Assembly (NCBI RefSeq): GCF_001194135.2 | Contig: NC_068982.1 | Span: 45,781,596 to 45,821,397, forward strand | Direction: 5' to 3' | Length of the DNA: 39,802 bases | Source: Octopus bimaculoides | Taxonomy: Eukaryota | Part shown: positions 11,325 through 22,663 of the stretch, one piece after another | Position numbering within the stretch: position 1 is the first letter of the stretch | How the letters are laid out: every line of letters begins with the position of its first letter | The notes under the pieces: model-generated | Database searches by the model: none | Seen by the model: the letters and a program-made list of their open reading frames with translations, nothing else | Told to the model about the DNA's origin: nothing | Position numbers and translations under genes: made by a program

Positions 11325-11858
11325 TCAAATTCTGGTACAGCACCAACGATTTTAGGGAGGGAGTAAGTCGATTTCATTGGCTCCAGTGTTCAACTGGAAC
11401 GCTATTTTATCGATCTCGAAAGGTTGAAAGCCAAAGTCGACCCTGGCGGAATTTGAACTGAGAATGTAAAGTAGGAATAAATGCTCCTATTTTGTCTTAC
11501 GCTCCAATTGTTCTTCAGCTCGCCGCCTTAAAATATTGGAAAATAATCCTTTCTACAAAAGGAACAAGGCCTGAAATTTGATGGGAGGTGGGCAATCGAT
11601 TAGATCTAATCCAGTACGCAACTGCTACTTAATTTATCGACAACGAAGGATAAAAGGCAAAGTCGACCTCGGCGGCATTTGAACTCAGAACGTAAAGACA
11701 AACGAAATACTGCTAAACACTTCGCCCGGCGTGTTAACGTTTCTGCCAGGATGAAAGGCAAAAATCGACCTTGGCAAAATTTGAACACAGAACGTAAAGA
11801 CAGACGAAATACCGATAATCGCCCGGTGTGCTAACGATTCTGCCAGCTCGCCGCCTTA
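11325..11858 (-). mobile_element. Cluster of three family-A SINE copies
   Basis: Heads end at about 11530 (ctcgccgcctt), about 11749 (truncated at ttctgccag) and about 11858 (ctcgccgcctt); each carries gaactgag/gaactcag/gaacacag-aacgtaaag. Confidence 0.85.
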
Positions 11859-12205
11859 ATGGTAAAATAATATCGATGCAAGATAGAACAGGTTATTCTA
11901 TAACGATATTATTCGACTTTCAACAACAAGTCGCTCAGTTTGATAGAGGTAGAAAACTAAAACACAATTAAATTATACACTAACGTTTTAAAAACCAGAG
12001 GAACGCATTGACTGATGTAGTCCATGATAGACCATTGCTTAGACGCAAAAAGATGGGATAGTCAAAACTGATACATCTTTGATCATGATTTCGTTCGATA
12101 ATTGCTGACCTGGTTGGATGGAACAATGACATGACGCAATCTATTTTTTCCTGGCAACTCGCAATGCTTATTGATTCCAATATTACGATATTTCTAAAGT
12201 TATGA

Positions 12206-12242
<37 letters not shown>

Positions 12243-13139
12243 ATTTTATTCGCTTTTATTTTATTTTGGTCCATATTACTAAATCACTCATGTTATCTAA
12301 GAAGCATGTTAAGAGATGTTTCAAATAAATATGGTGCTTCGTTTAATCCTTTCTGATAATCCAGATGTATTATCTGATACCATTGAAATATCTTTCATAT
12401 CATGGGAAACAGATATTAATTCAATACTTCCAAAATATCAGCAAAGAATATTTTCAGTAGATGATTTTTTTTTCTTCTTTATTCTAATATATCATCAGAG
12501 TAACATATTTTCAATACCAGTGAAGTATGTTCTTTTTATTTTTATTTTCATATTGCTGCTCCTATTATTTTCAATATCACTATATTATTTCTGATATCAC
12601 TGAAATAATTCGATTATCTTTCAAAGAACCAAAAAAAAAAAAAAAAAGAAAAAGAAAAAGAAAGACTTGGTTACGTTCTTTAAAACCCACGCATGCGCGC
12701 GAACATATATTCAATGAACGTGGCAAGCTAGTGAAATATAGTGGCTCAAAATAATCACTCGATCTACTGGAAAAAGCAACCAAATTGCATATTTCTGCTT
12801 TATATAAGGTATAGTACAGACTTATATAGTCCTGAAAATAATGCCTGTAAAAAACATAAATAAAGGAAATAAGACGGCTCGGACGCCTTTGATCACAAAT
12901 CTGTTCACGCAGGGCTGATCTGGGACAAAGCAACAATCAGAACAATATACACATACATATACACAATTAGACAGACATATAGACGCACACATTGTTCTTT
13001 AGAATCAAAAGTCACCTCTGGCAGTCAAAAACAATTTGCTGATTCTCACCAGTATACAAAATTAAAGAAGTATTGGTTAAAATCCAACAATGATGTGGTG
13101 TAACGCTAACGGTAACAACAACAACAACACTAAAAGCTC

Positions 13140-13290
13140 ATTATAATCATCTTTATCAGGAACATGGTCGTCGTTATAGTCGTCGTCGTCGTCGTCGTCA
13201 TGGCCACCATCATCAGTATTACCGCCACCAACACCACAACCACCACCACCACCACCATCACGATCTCTACCACCGCAATCACCATCATAT
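13140..13290. repeat. Compound (GTC)n/(CAC)n trinucleotide tract
   Basis: gtcgtcgtcgtc... followed by caccaccac... variants. Confidence 0.85.
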
Positions 13291-13482
13291 TTTATCTCTA
13301 AATACCACCTCTTCTGTCCTCACACCGTCACGAAACGCCATTACCATTGATCTAGCGTCAATATAATCATGGAAAGTAAATAATTACACGAGAGAGTTTT
13401 CTTTTTTTTTTTTTTTGCAAAAAAATATTTTTGTAACAAATGCAACTGAAAAATATGTTTCCTTTTCTGAGAAAGAACGTGT

Positions 13483-13557
<75 letters not shown>

Positions 13558-13851
13558 AGTGAGAGACAAAGTGAAAGAGAAGGAGAGAAAGAAAGAGAAG
13601 GAGAGTGAGAGAGAAAGAGGAGAGAAAAGCCTGAGACAAAAGGACTATATAATGATGATTATCAGTTGCAATTATAATTATTTAAACAACAGTTTTGTCT
13701 TCCAACCACAAACACAAACGAACGATGCTTTTATTTCAACAATTTTCTGAAAAGCAAATTTCGAAAGCCAATAGAAGAAAAATGAAAACCAAAATGAATA
13801 CATACATACATACATATATATGCACACACACACGCACACACACACGCGCGC

Positions 13852-13888
<37 letters not shown>

Positions 13889-14243
13889 TACACGTATTAC
13901 AGATTTATATATATATATATATANNNNNNNNNNNNNNNNNNNNNNNNNNNNNNNNNNNNNNNNNNNNNNNNNNNNNNNNNNNNNNNNNNNNNNNNNNNNN
14001 NNNNNNNNNNNNNNNNNNNNNNNNNNNNNNNNNNNNNNNNNNNNNNNNNNNNNNNNNNNNNNNNNNNNNNNNNNNNNNNNNNNNNNNNNNNNNNNNNNNN
14101 NNNNNNNNNNNNNNNNNNNNNNNNNNNNNNNNNNNNNNNNNNNNNNNNNNNNNNNNNNNNNNNNNNNNNNNNNNNNNNNNNNNNNNNNNNNNNNNNNNNN
14201 NNNNNNNNNNNNNNNNNNNNNNNNNNNNNNNNNNNNNNNNNNN

Positions 14244-14277
<34 letters not shown>

Positions 14278-14353
14278 CAAAGAGAGAGAGAGAGAGAAAA
14301 GAGTAGAGAGGAAACTAGATTGATTCCTTTATCTTTCTCTTTGGAGAGAGAGG

Positions 14354-14385
<32 letters not shown>

Positions 14386-14821
14386 GAGAGATAGAGAAAG
14401 AGAGAGAGAGAGGAGAGGAAGTGGAAGAGGAGAATAGGTAGGAGAGAAAACTCAAAGGCTTATATACCCATTACATCAAGCTAATTATCTACCTCGCAAA
14501 CTGCATTCTCTCCTGATACATTTGTCAAAAAGAATATGTGTCTGCCCTGTTTACAAAGTACTGTTTCTCTCAATTTTATAACGACGATGGCTTTACGAGC
14601 ATCACTTCTGCTCGGAGAAAGCGCCCAATTTCGTTACTCGCTTTGCTGGTAAACTCCACATTAACCACTCAAATATCTCTTCCATTGCCGTCAATCATTA
14701 GCTCGCTGAGTTAGCGACTATACTCAATAAATTCTACAATCTCTTTGACTCTCTATAGGTGTGTAACTTCATTTTGGAAACAAGCAAGAATCCGTTCTAC
14801 TTTCAAGAAAGGCAACTGTTT

Positions 14822-15152
14822 CGGTACTCCGTCGGTCTCGACGACGAGGGTCCCAGTTGATCCGATAAACTGGACAACCGGCAAGTGAAATTATTAACGT
14901 GCAAGTGGCTGAGCACTCCATAGACATGCGCGTACCCTAACGTAGTTCTCAGGGAGATTCAACGTGACACAGTATGACAAAGCCCTTTAAAATGCAGGTC
15001 CTATTTTTTTTTTTTTTTTTGACAACTGAGAGGACTGGAGTGACATGAAATAAAAGTTTTTTTTGCTCAAGGACACAACACACCGGCTGGTACCGAACTC
15101 ATCACCTTAAGATCGTAAACCGAATACCCCTAACTACTAAGCCGCGTGCCTT
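14822..15152 (-). mobile_element. SINE family C (tail type 2), near full length
   Basis: Minus strand aaggcacgcggcttagtagttaggggtattcgg...gaatctccctgagaactacg...cctcgtcgtcgagaccgacggagtacc. Confidence 0.85.
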
Positions 15153-15564
15153 ACTGTACCAAATACCACCCTATATCACTCAGTCTCTATGCATCTCCGG
15201 TATTGAAGACACCTCTTAACACAGACGGTCTCCAGCAACTACAACACAATGAGATCACTGATTCTCAACACTTCCCACATTATTTACCCACTCCACGGCT
15301 ATATGTAGTCCACCTTTTATCCTTTCACTTCCGTGTGAAACTAATACACAACTAATGTAGTTGTACAAAGAACTATAAAATGAAAAATGAAAACAGGATA
15401 AATTTTTATTAAGTTCTGCATTACAGATACTTTCTATGTTATGAATTAAATCTTCTAAACAGAGCTGACTTTTTTCGCAGATAGTTCTTAAGTGCTTCAG
15501 TATTATAGTATTATCACTTAACCAGCGTACTCCGTGGAAATACCTACCAATATTTCGAAATATG

Positions 15565-15990
15565 AAAGCAGCGAGCTGGCAGAATCGTTATCACGCCGGG
15601 CAAAATGCTTAACGGCATTTCGTTCGTTCTTACGTTTTGAGTTCAAATTCTGCTGGGGTTGAATTTGCCTTTCATCTTTCCGGGATCGATAAAATAGGTA
15701 CCAGTTGAATTCTGAGGTCATATTTAATCGACTTACACCCTCCCCAAATTTACTGGCCTTGTGTCAAAATTTGTAATCAGTATTTCGAAATATTAAGGCA
15801 GCGAGCTGGCAGAATCGGACAAAATGCTAAGCGGCATTTCACCCGTCTTTACGTTCTGAGGTCGACTTTGTCTTTCATCCTCTCAGTGTCGATAAATTAA
15901 GTACCAGTTGAGTACTGGGGTCGATATAATCGACTTCTCCTCTCCTTGAAATTGTTGGCCTTGTGCCAAAATTTGAAACCAAGATTTAGA
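15565..15990 (+). mobile_element. Two tandem family-A SINEs
   Basis: Heads gcagcgagctggcagaatcg at about 15568 and 15798, each preceded by tatttcgaaatat; both end with ggccttgtg(t/c)caaaatttg. Confidence 0.9.
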
Positions 15991-16094
15991 AATATTTTTA
16001 TCATGTAAGAATTTATAGAACATAAAATTATAGATCATAAATTTGTAGATAAAAATTTCGACTATGTCTTCAATGTTATTCTATTGTTCGTTTG

Positions 16095-16365
16095 TTGTTG
16101 TCGTCATGTATCGTACGCCTGCAGTGCTTTGAGGACACTATAATGAATGTCTTCCCGATTGAACGCGAGTTCTCTAGCTGCCTTGCCACCCTTGTCTAAC
16201 CAACTCGTGATTTTATTCACCCGGTACGTACTTTGCCTGTCTCTTGATTCCACTATTCTTTCTTTCATCATAATGTTTCTAAGACCACTATTCCTTCGAA
16301 TATGGCCATAATAGATGAGCTTTTGTTTTTTCACTTTTCACAATGTTCAAGAGTTGTAGTCTATA
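16095..16365 (-). mobile_element. RTE-clade LINE 3' end
   Basis: Minus frame LLNIV/KKQKLIYYGHIRRNSGLRNIMMKERIVE...NKITSWLDKGGKAARELAFNRE matches the RTE C-terminal motif (KKRKL.YFGHI.R ... ARELA.DR); a 7-bp gtgaaaa duplication shifts the frame; short (gac/aac)n tail. Confidence 0.75.
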
Positions 16366-16419
16366 ATTTAGGTTATTCAAATTCCAATACTGTGACTTGT
16401 TTCATTATGAGCGTCGGGC

Positions 16420-16600
16420 AAAATGCCTTGCAGTATTTTTTTCGACAATTTACGTTCTGATTTCAAATTCCACCGAGGTCGACATTGCATTTTATCCCTC
16501 TGAGGATGAAAAAATACAGTTTTACACACGTACTGGGATCGATGGTACCGAATTACCTGTTTCCCCTCAAAGTTTTCGGCCTTGTCCCTACATCAAAAAG
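16420..16600 (+). mobile_element. SINE family A, partial
   Basis: cgggcaaaatgc...ttacgttctgatttcaaattccaccgaggtcgac. Confidence 0.8.
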
Positions 16601-17420
16601 CATCAAGCTAACGATTTCTATTGTCTTCGATTTCTTGTTTGAAGCGTAACACTCAAACACATCGTGACAAGCAGATTAATTATTATGTATTCTCATGTAT
16701 GAAGTATTTATCCCACAACTACCCCACTGTCATGTAAATTTTTGCCCCACTTATCCTCTCCCTGCCCCTAGTGTGTAAAAAATTAACCCCCGGTTGAATA
16801 TCACTGATTTACGTAGACCTCAAAATCCAACACGTCAGTCATGATCATTTGTTTCCTCTTATCTACCTCCTCTATCTGGTACTTCCTCGTTTTTCCTCCT
16901 CCTCATCCACCACCACCATCACCCTTTATCACCTCCTTCAGTACGTCTTCTTCCCCTCCTACGCTACTCCTCCCTCATCTTCTGTCACGTCTTCCCCAGC
17001 ATTGTCTTATAACAACCACTAATTTCTACCTTCATCTAAATAATGAGGTCTGCTTGTCTCCTGTTTCTGTCTCCAAATTAAAAATGGACACGGCTATCTT
17101 TAAACTGATTTACTTTTAAATTTAAGTAACTAAATATCTTTTATTTATTTTATTTATCGATTGGTTTCTACTTTAAATGATGTTTGTAGAAGATGAGTGA
17201 GGAAGATACAGGCAGTTTAATTTTTGTCGATTTGTTTCTTATTTACATTATTTTGTATTTAATGGTTTATTTTTGTAAACAAACATGTATTTGATGATGT
17301 CGCTTGCGTGGTCGTTATTGACGATGAAGTGGTTTACTCTCGATTCAATCCTGTTGAAGCTGACCGATGATCATAGGTGCTCCAACTATGACACCATCAC
17401 CATTATATTTCAAGCAGATT

Positions 17421-17633
17421 CTTCTCTACTCTAGGCACACCAGGTCCGAAATTTTGGGGGATGAGGCCAGTCGATTAGATCGACTCCAGTACACAACTGG
17501 TACTTAATTTATTGACCCCGAAAGGATGAAAGGCAAAGTCGACCTCGGCTGAGTTTGAACTCAGAACGTAAAGACAGACGAAATACTACTAAACATTTCG
17601 CCCGGCGTGTTAACGTTTCTGCCAGCTGGCTAC
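17421..17633 (-). mobile_element. SINE family A with degenerate TSD
   Basis: Near-complete family-A body on the minus strand; flanks tttcaagcagatt and tttcaggcagatt. Confidence 0.85.
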
Positions 17634-17654
17634 CTTTTCAGGCAGATTATCAAG

Positions 17655-17810
17655 AAATTTCCCCAAGACAGCTGATGAAAGCTGGAGGGTATATCAGCCG
17701 AAACGTTGTGTTAACAACAAATAAGACGAGGACAAATATCCGTCAAATGTAAATAATATAAATAATGTACATAGTTCCTCATGTACATAGTTCCTTAAAT
17801 ATAGAACCAG
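17655..17810 (+). mobile_element. Penelope-like element terminus containing a minimal hammerhead motif
   Basis: gacag-CTGATGA-aa-gctgg-agggtata-tcagcc-GAAA-cgtt-gtgtt: both conserved hammerhead core segments around a hairpin, an arrangement characteristic of PLE ends. Confidence 0.6.
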
Positions 17811-17940
17811 ATTATCCAGGTTTACAAACTCCAGTTTGAATTTTCTTTTTCTTTTTAATTTTTTTTTCTCGTTCAAGACAATAAAGGTTGCATGATTTAT
17901 CTCTGTACGATATCTGTTTAGTAGTTGTTTATCTCCAAAG

Positions 17941-18259
17941 GGAAGGCACGCGGTTTAGTGGTTAAGGGTATTCGGCTCGCAATTGTAAGATCGTGAGTTC
18001 GATTCCTGACAGCGCGTTGTGACCCTGGGCAAAACACTTTATTTCACGTTGTTCTTCCATCTCACCCAACTACCAAAAAATGAGTATTATCTGCATTTCA
18101 AAGAAGGCCAGCCTTGTCACAGCTTGTGTCATGTTGAATCTCACTGAGTACTTATGTCTGTGGAGTGTTGAGTCACTTGGACGTTAATTTCACGAGTCGG
18201 CTGTTCCATTGAGCGGATCAACTGGAACCCTCGTCGTCGTGACCGACGGAGTGCCAAGG
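17941..18259 (+). mobile_element. SINE family C (tail type 2) with perfect 10-bp TSD
   Basis: A-box-like CGGTTTAGTGG and B box GTTCGATTCC; atctccaaag at both 17931-17940 and 18260-18269. Confidence 0.92.
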
Positions 18260-18541
18260 ATCTCCAAAGCAAACACCGTCTCTGATTTATCAGATTTGTT
18301 TGTTTAAAAGAAGAATTTCAGCAGGATGGGTACTTTTATGCAAAACAAGCATATGAGTTTTACAGTGTGTGTGTCATTATTTATAGCAATTAGCTTTCAA
18401 AGAAATTTGTACGTTGTTGCTCGACAATGTCAGGAATTGAAGCGAATTCTCCTGCTAACCTATTCCTACAATCCTCAAGAGAGAGTGAGAGGAGATGGGG
18501 ATAGAGTGGGAGGAGTGAGAGTGGGAGAGGAGAAGGAGAGA

Positions 18542-18577
<36 letters not shown>

Positions 18578-19441
18578 ACCATTAGACAACGTACTTTGTA
18601 CACTCCGGTAAATACTGGATACTCATGCTTTTTGTTAGGAAATCTACTCGTTCAGAGTTGACCTTGACTAAACAATAAAAACAACAATAGCAGTGAGGAT
18701 GAGGCTTATAAAAATCCTCACTCAATTAAATGTCCTGGCTCAAAAGGAATTATGTGGCTTTATTAGAAAAATATTACGTCGTTTGTGAGACGCTATGTTC
18801 TAACAATACTATGAGTTGTGAATCTCATTACGGAATCAAGGGGCTGGAGTTTCATGCTTCTCTGCTACTGTTCCTCTGCTTGTATCATCCCACCATTGTT
18901 ATTCTTCAGATGGTACTCAACTGATATTACTGTAACTTGATCCTTACAAATACAACGATGGGGAAAAATGTAAATTCATCATGAATTACGGAAGGCTTCA
19001 GAGACTGGAGTTCCCGTTTGACAGGTTGGGAGGATTTCAGAGCGGTACAACGTGGTACAAGAGTTGTTAGGTTATCTATTTAAATACAACCTAATCAGTT
19101 TCCTTTGTGAGCAATTTAATGGAGCTTGTTTGCAAGAAAATAAAAGATACAGTAAATTGGCCTGGCTTCAGTTGCAGCTATCTTTGAAGAGAAGTAGTGA
19201 TGGAAGGTTAAAGAACATTTGACAGAATGTAGAATAAATGGCAAAACATGTTCATTGGAATCTCAATATCTGTTCTGGGAATTGTGGTTCTTTCATGTGT
19301 CACCTTTCACATGCAGCTATGTCATCAAAAAGTTATACGCTATGACTGTTGTAGAAAAAAAGGAAACAATATTTTTCTTGTCTTGTCTCCAACCGTCAAC
19401 AACTTCGCCCCACTCTCTACTAACCATGTTTTCTGTTTCAG

Positions 19442-19521
19442 ACATTTTTTTGTTGTTTCCATTTTATTATTTTCTGACTCTAAAAATGTTTTTATTTTTC
19501 CACGGCCAAGAAAACAACTTC
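19442..19521 (+). other. Candidate 80-nt exon, gene unknown
   Basis: Branch-point consensus TACTAAC (19418-24), pyrimidine tract, TTTCAG acceptor and GTAAGT donor at 19522. No recognisable product. Confidence 0.3.
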
Positions 19522-19676
19522 GTAAGTTGTATCAACATGAAAAATGTAGAAATTATAAGTCATTCCCAACGGTGAAGAAGTCATGTATGAAGTATAATAA
19601 AGGTAGATGATTGAAAAAAAAAAAAAAAAAAAAAAAAAAAANNNNNNNNNNNNNNNNNNNNNNNNNNNNNNNNNNN

Positions 19677-19741
<65 letters not shown>

Positions 19742-20315
19742 TCCAAGGAGAATGTATTTTACATTTTTCTTCTTCACAGTAATGAATCATAAATAGCAAG
19801 ACAAGTATAAGTTTCAGAATGCTATTTTTGGTTTGGTAAATTGAATTATTGAATCTTGATGTTTTCCCAATATTCTGCCAATGACAGTGAAGATGGTTAA
19901 AAAGGAAAAAAAAAAAAAAACCTACACCTTTTGAATAGACATTTTGCTTTATTTCTTTAACTACTTATGATGGTTTAGAATTTCTTTGTTAACACTTAAA
20001 GCAGGTGTAAAGAAACTAATACAGCTGCTGACACCTGGATGAGTTAGTTCTATGTAATAACGGTACAGTTAAATTAGTTGAGTTTCCATATGAGACCAAA
20101 CTTACAAATCTTACTTGCAGCTAAGATATTCTGTTTTCGGACAACACGCATCACTCTTCAGATTGAACTTAAAAATTGAAGTGTTATGTTCATGCTACAC
20201 TTCAACCAAAATTCATCTCTTCAGTCCCATGGTGGGTGAATATTTGTTTATGAGTTAGTGCTAAAAAAAACATGATTGAATTCAATACATGCCCATAATT
20301 TGTGGTTGGTATAGG

Positions 20316-20379
<64 letters not shown>

Positions 20380-20432
20380 ACCTCTCTATCTATCTAACTA
20401 TCTGTCTATCTACCTACCTACAAAGAGAGGAA

Positions 20433-20535
<103 letters not shown>

Positions 20536-21079
20536 TGTGTGTTCTGAAATATACTTTCACTCGTAGCACGAGAGACTACAATCTACACTTCGTGTATCCT
20601 ACTTAGAAATTGTGTTCAACGTATAACTTGTCTTTGTAAGATAAGTTATGCGAAACACATGTAAAGATTGAACAAATATTGGTCTCAAATTTTAGCACAA
20701 AGCCAACAGTTTCGAGGAGAGGTTAAGTTGATTAAATCAACCCATTGTTCAACTGGTACTTATTTTATCGACCTTGAAAATAGGCTATAGTGTACATAGT
20801 ATAAATTCCTCATCTCAAAGAGATATAATTACAGAATACACTGTCTAGATTTTAACTCAAAATCTAAAGAACCTTAATTAAATATGTATAGGAAATTTAT
20901 CTAGTATAGTATAAAATTGATGCTGGTCGCTCAAAGTCGGCAAATTCTTGCTATTCGACCTGCATAGATGATTTGATAACTGTGATCAAATATTTGTGTT
21001 GCACATGAGATTATTCCCTCCATCAAATCGGAGTTTCCTGTACAGGTACACAGTGTACCACATAACAGGTGCCAAAGTG

Positions 21080-21170
21080 ATCAAAAATACAACGCACCAC
21101 CCGCTCCCAGAATGGAACCAACGATCTCGAGATTGTGAGTGCAACAGCCTAACCACTTTGCCACGTGCCC
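21080..21170 (-). mobile_element. SINE family C-like head fragment
   Basis: Reverse complement gggcacgtggcaaagtggttaggctgttgcactcacaatctcgagatcgttggttccattc is a tRNA-like head. Confidence 0.65.
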
Positions 21171-21189
21171 TCAGTATATATAATTCTTT

Positions 21190-21332
21190 TCTACTTTAGG
21201 CACAAGGCCCGAAATTTTGGGGGAGGGAGTCAGTCGATTAGATCGACTCCAGTAGGCAACTGGTATTTAATTTATCGACCAAAAGGATGAAAGGCAAAGT
21301 CGGCCTCGGCGGAATTTGAACTCAGAACGTAA
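21190..21332 (-). mobile_element. SINE family A body and tail
   Basis: taggcacaaggcccgaaattttggg...gaaaggcaaagtcggcctcggcggaatttgaactcagaacgtaaa. Confidence 0.85.
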
Positions 21333-21785
21333 ACTCAGTATATATAATTATAGTAGAGCATCTGCTTCTCTTCTCACTGAAAACGATTTATTCAGACTTG
21401 TGATTCTCATGTATATTGAAGGACCATTACAAGACATAATATTCATTCTCTTCAAATATGCCATATTGTACCATTTAAAAAAAATTTGTCCTAATATATA
21501 TTCGAAGATGAATTCTTCACGATGTTAACAAAAATACCCATGAAGAAGTCATTTATCTAACATATGTTTGTGTGTATATATGTGTGCATATGAATGTCTG
21601 TTTAAATACACTCACACACATAAGCACACACACATTCATACATGCATACATACTTATATACATACATACATACATACATACATATATGAGAGAGAGACTT
21701 TCCGTATTCCCGAGCGTCATACTAATATATACTTTTGTTATTTACACCACCTGTCCTCGTCTGTTGTTATTTTTTGTATATTCTC

Positions 21786-21818
<33 letters not shown>

Positions 21819-22663
21819 NNNNNNNNNNNNNNNNNNNNNNNNNNNNNNNNNNNNNNNNNNNNNNNNNNNNNNNNNNNNNNNNNNNNNNNNNNNNNNNNNN
21901 NNNNNNNNNNNNNNNNNNNNNNNNNNNNNNNNNNNNNNNNNNNNNNNNNNNNNNNNNNNNNNNNNNNNNNNNNNNNNNNNNNNNNNNNNNNNNNNNNNNN
22001 NNNNNNNNNNNNNNNNNNNNNNNNNNNNNNNNNNNNNNNNNNNNNNNNNNNNNNNNNNNNNNNNNNNNNNNNNNNNNNNNNNNNNNNNNNNNNNNNNNNN
22101 NNCGCAGACACACACACACACACATGTATATATATATATGTATATGCACATTCATACAGATACACATTCGCAGACACACACACACACACATGTATATATA
22201 TATATGTATATGCACATTCATACAGATACACATACACAGATACACATATATATGTATTGGCATATCGTAGATATACTATGTATAAAAAAAAGACAAGATG
22301 GACGCCAAGAAAGCGTCTTTCATTATAGGGCTGCTCCATGAAAGCAAACCTAGGGCTTAGGATCGTTTATGGCCTACTCAAATGAAAAAGACAACTGCTA
22401 TGGCCTTTTGTAAGGGCTCTAACGCTGGTAGTGATGGCGAAACTGATATTTTACATTCAAATCAAAGACAGTAGTAATCTTTTATCCTCAGCAAGTTACT
22501 AAATGTCAGAACATTAACATCCCTTTGTTTAAACGTACATCAAAAGAAAGAGAATCACTTGAGTTTGGCAAAAGATATTTTGTTCTAATCAACCGTGGAA
22601 ATCAACTAATTCGAAAAGTAAAAGCTTAGCTTCACTGCAACAAGAACACATTATTGAAGACAG

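Noticed and set aside
12080-12200. Minus-strand candidate exon (KYRNIGINKHCELPGKNRLRHVIVPSNQ)
   Set aside because: Weak donor (gtcagc), two frames open and no recognisable homology.
12316-12594. 92-aa hydrophobic ORF
   Set aside because: T-rich low-complexity composition explains the hydrophobicity; no domain recognised.
17941-18010. tRNA genes at the A/B-box-bearing heads
   Set aside because: No complete cloverleaf; the heads continue into SINE cores and tails, one with a TSD.
18981-19070. Short ORF MNYGRLQRLEFPFDRLGGFQSGTTWYKSC with FDRLGGFQ resembling molluscan FCAP-type peptides (LDSLGGFQ)
   Set aside because: Single copy, no signal peptide and no flanking dibasic sites; such precursors are normally multi-copy.
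20177-20206. 9-bp hairpin ttgaagtgt/acacttcaa
   Set aside because: Too short to exceed chance in 40 kb of AT-rich DNA.
22103-22234. 66-bp tandem duplication of CA/TA-rich sequence
   Set aside because: Low complexity and abutting a gap; cannot separate it from misassembly.
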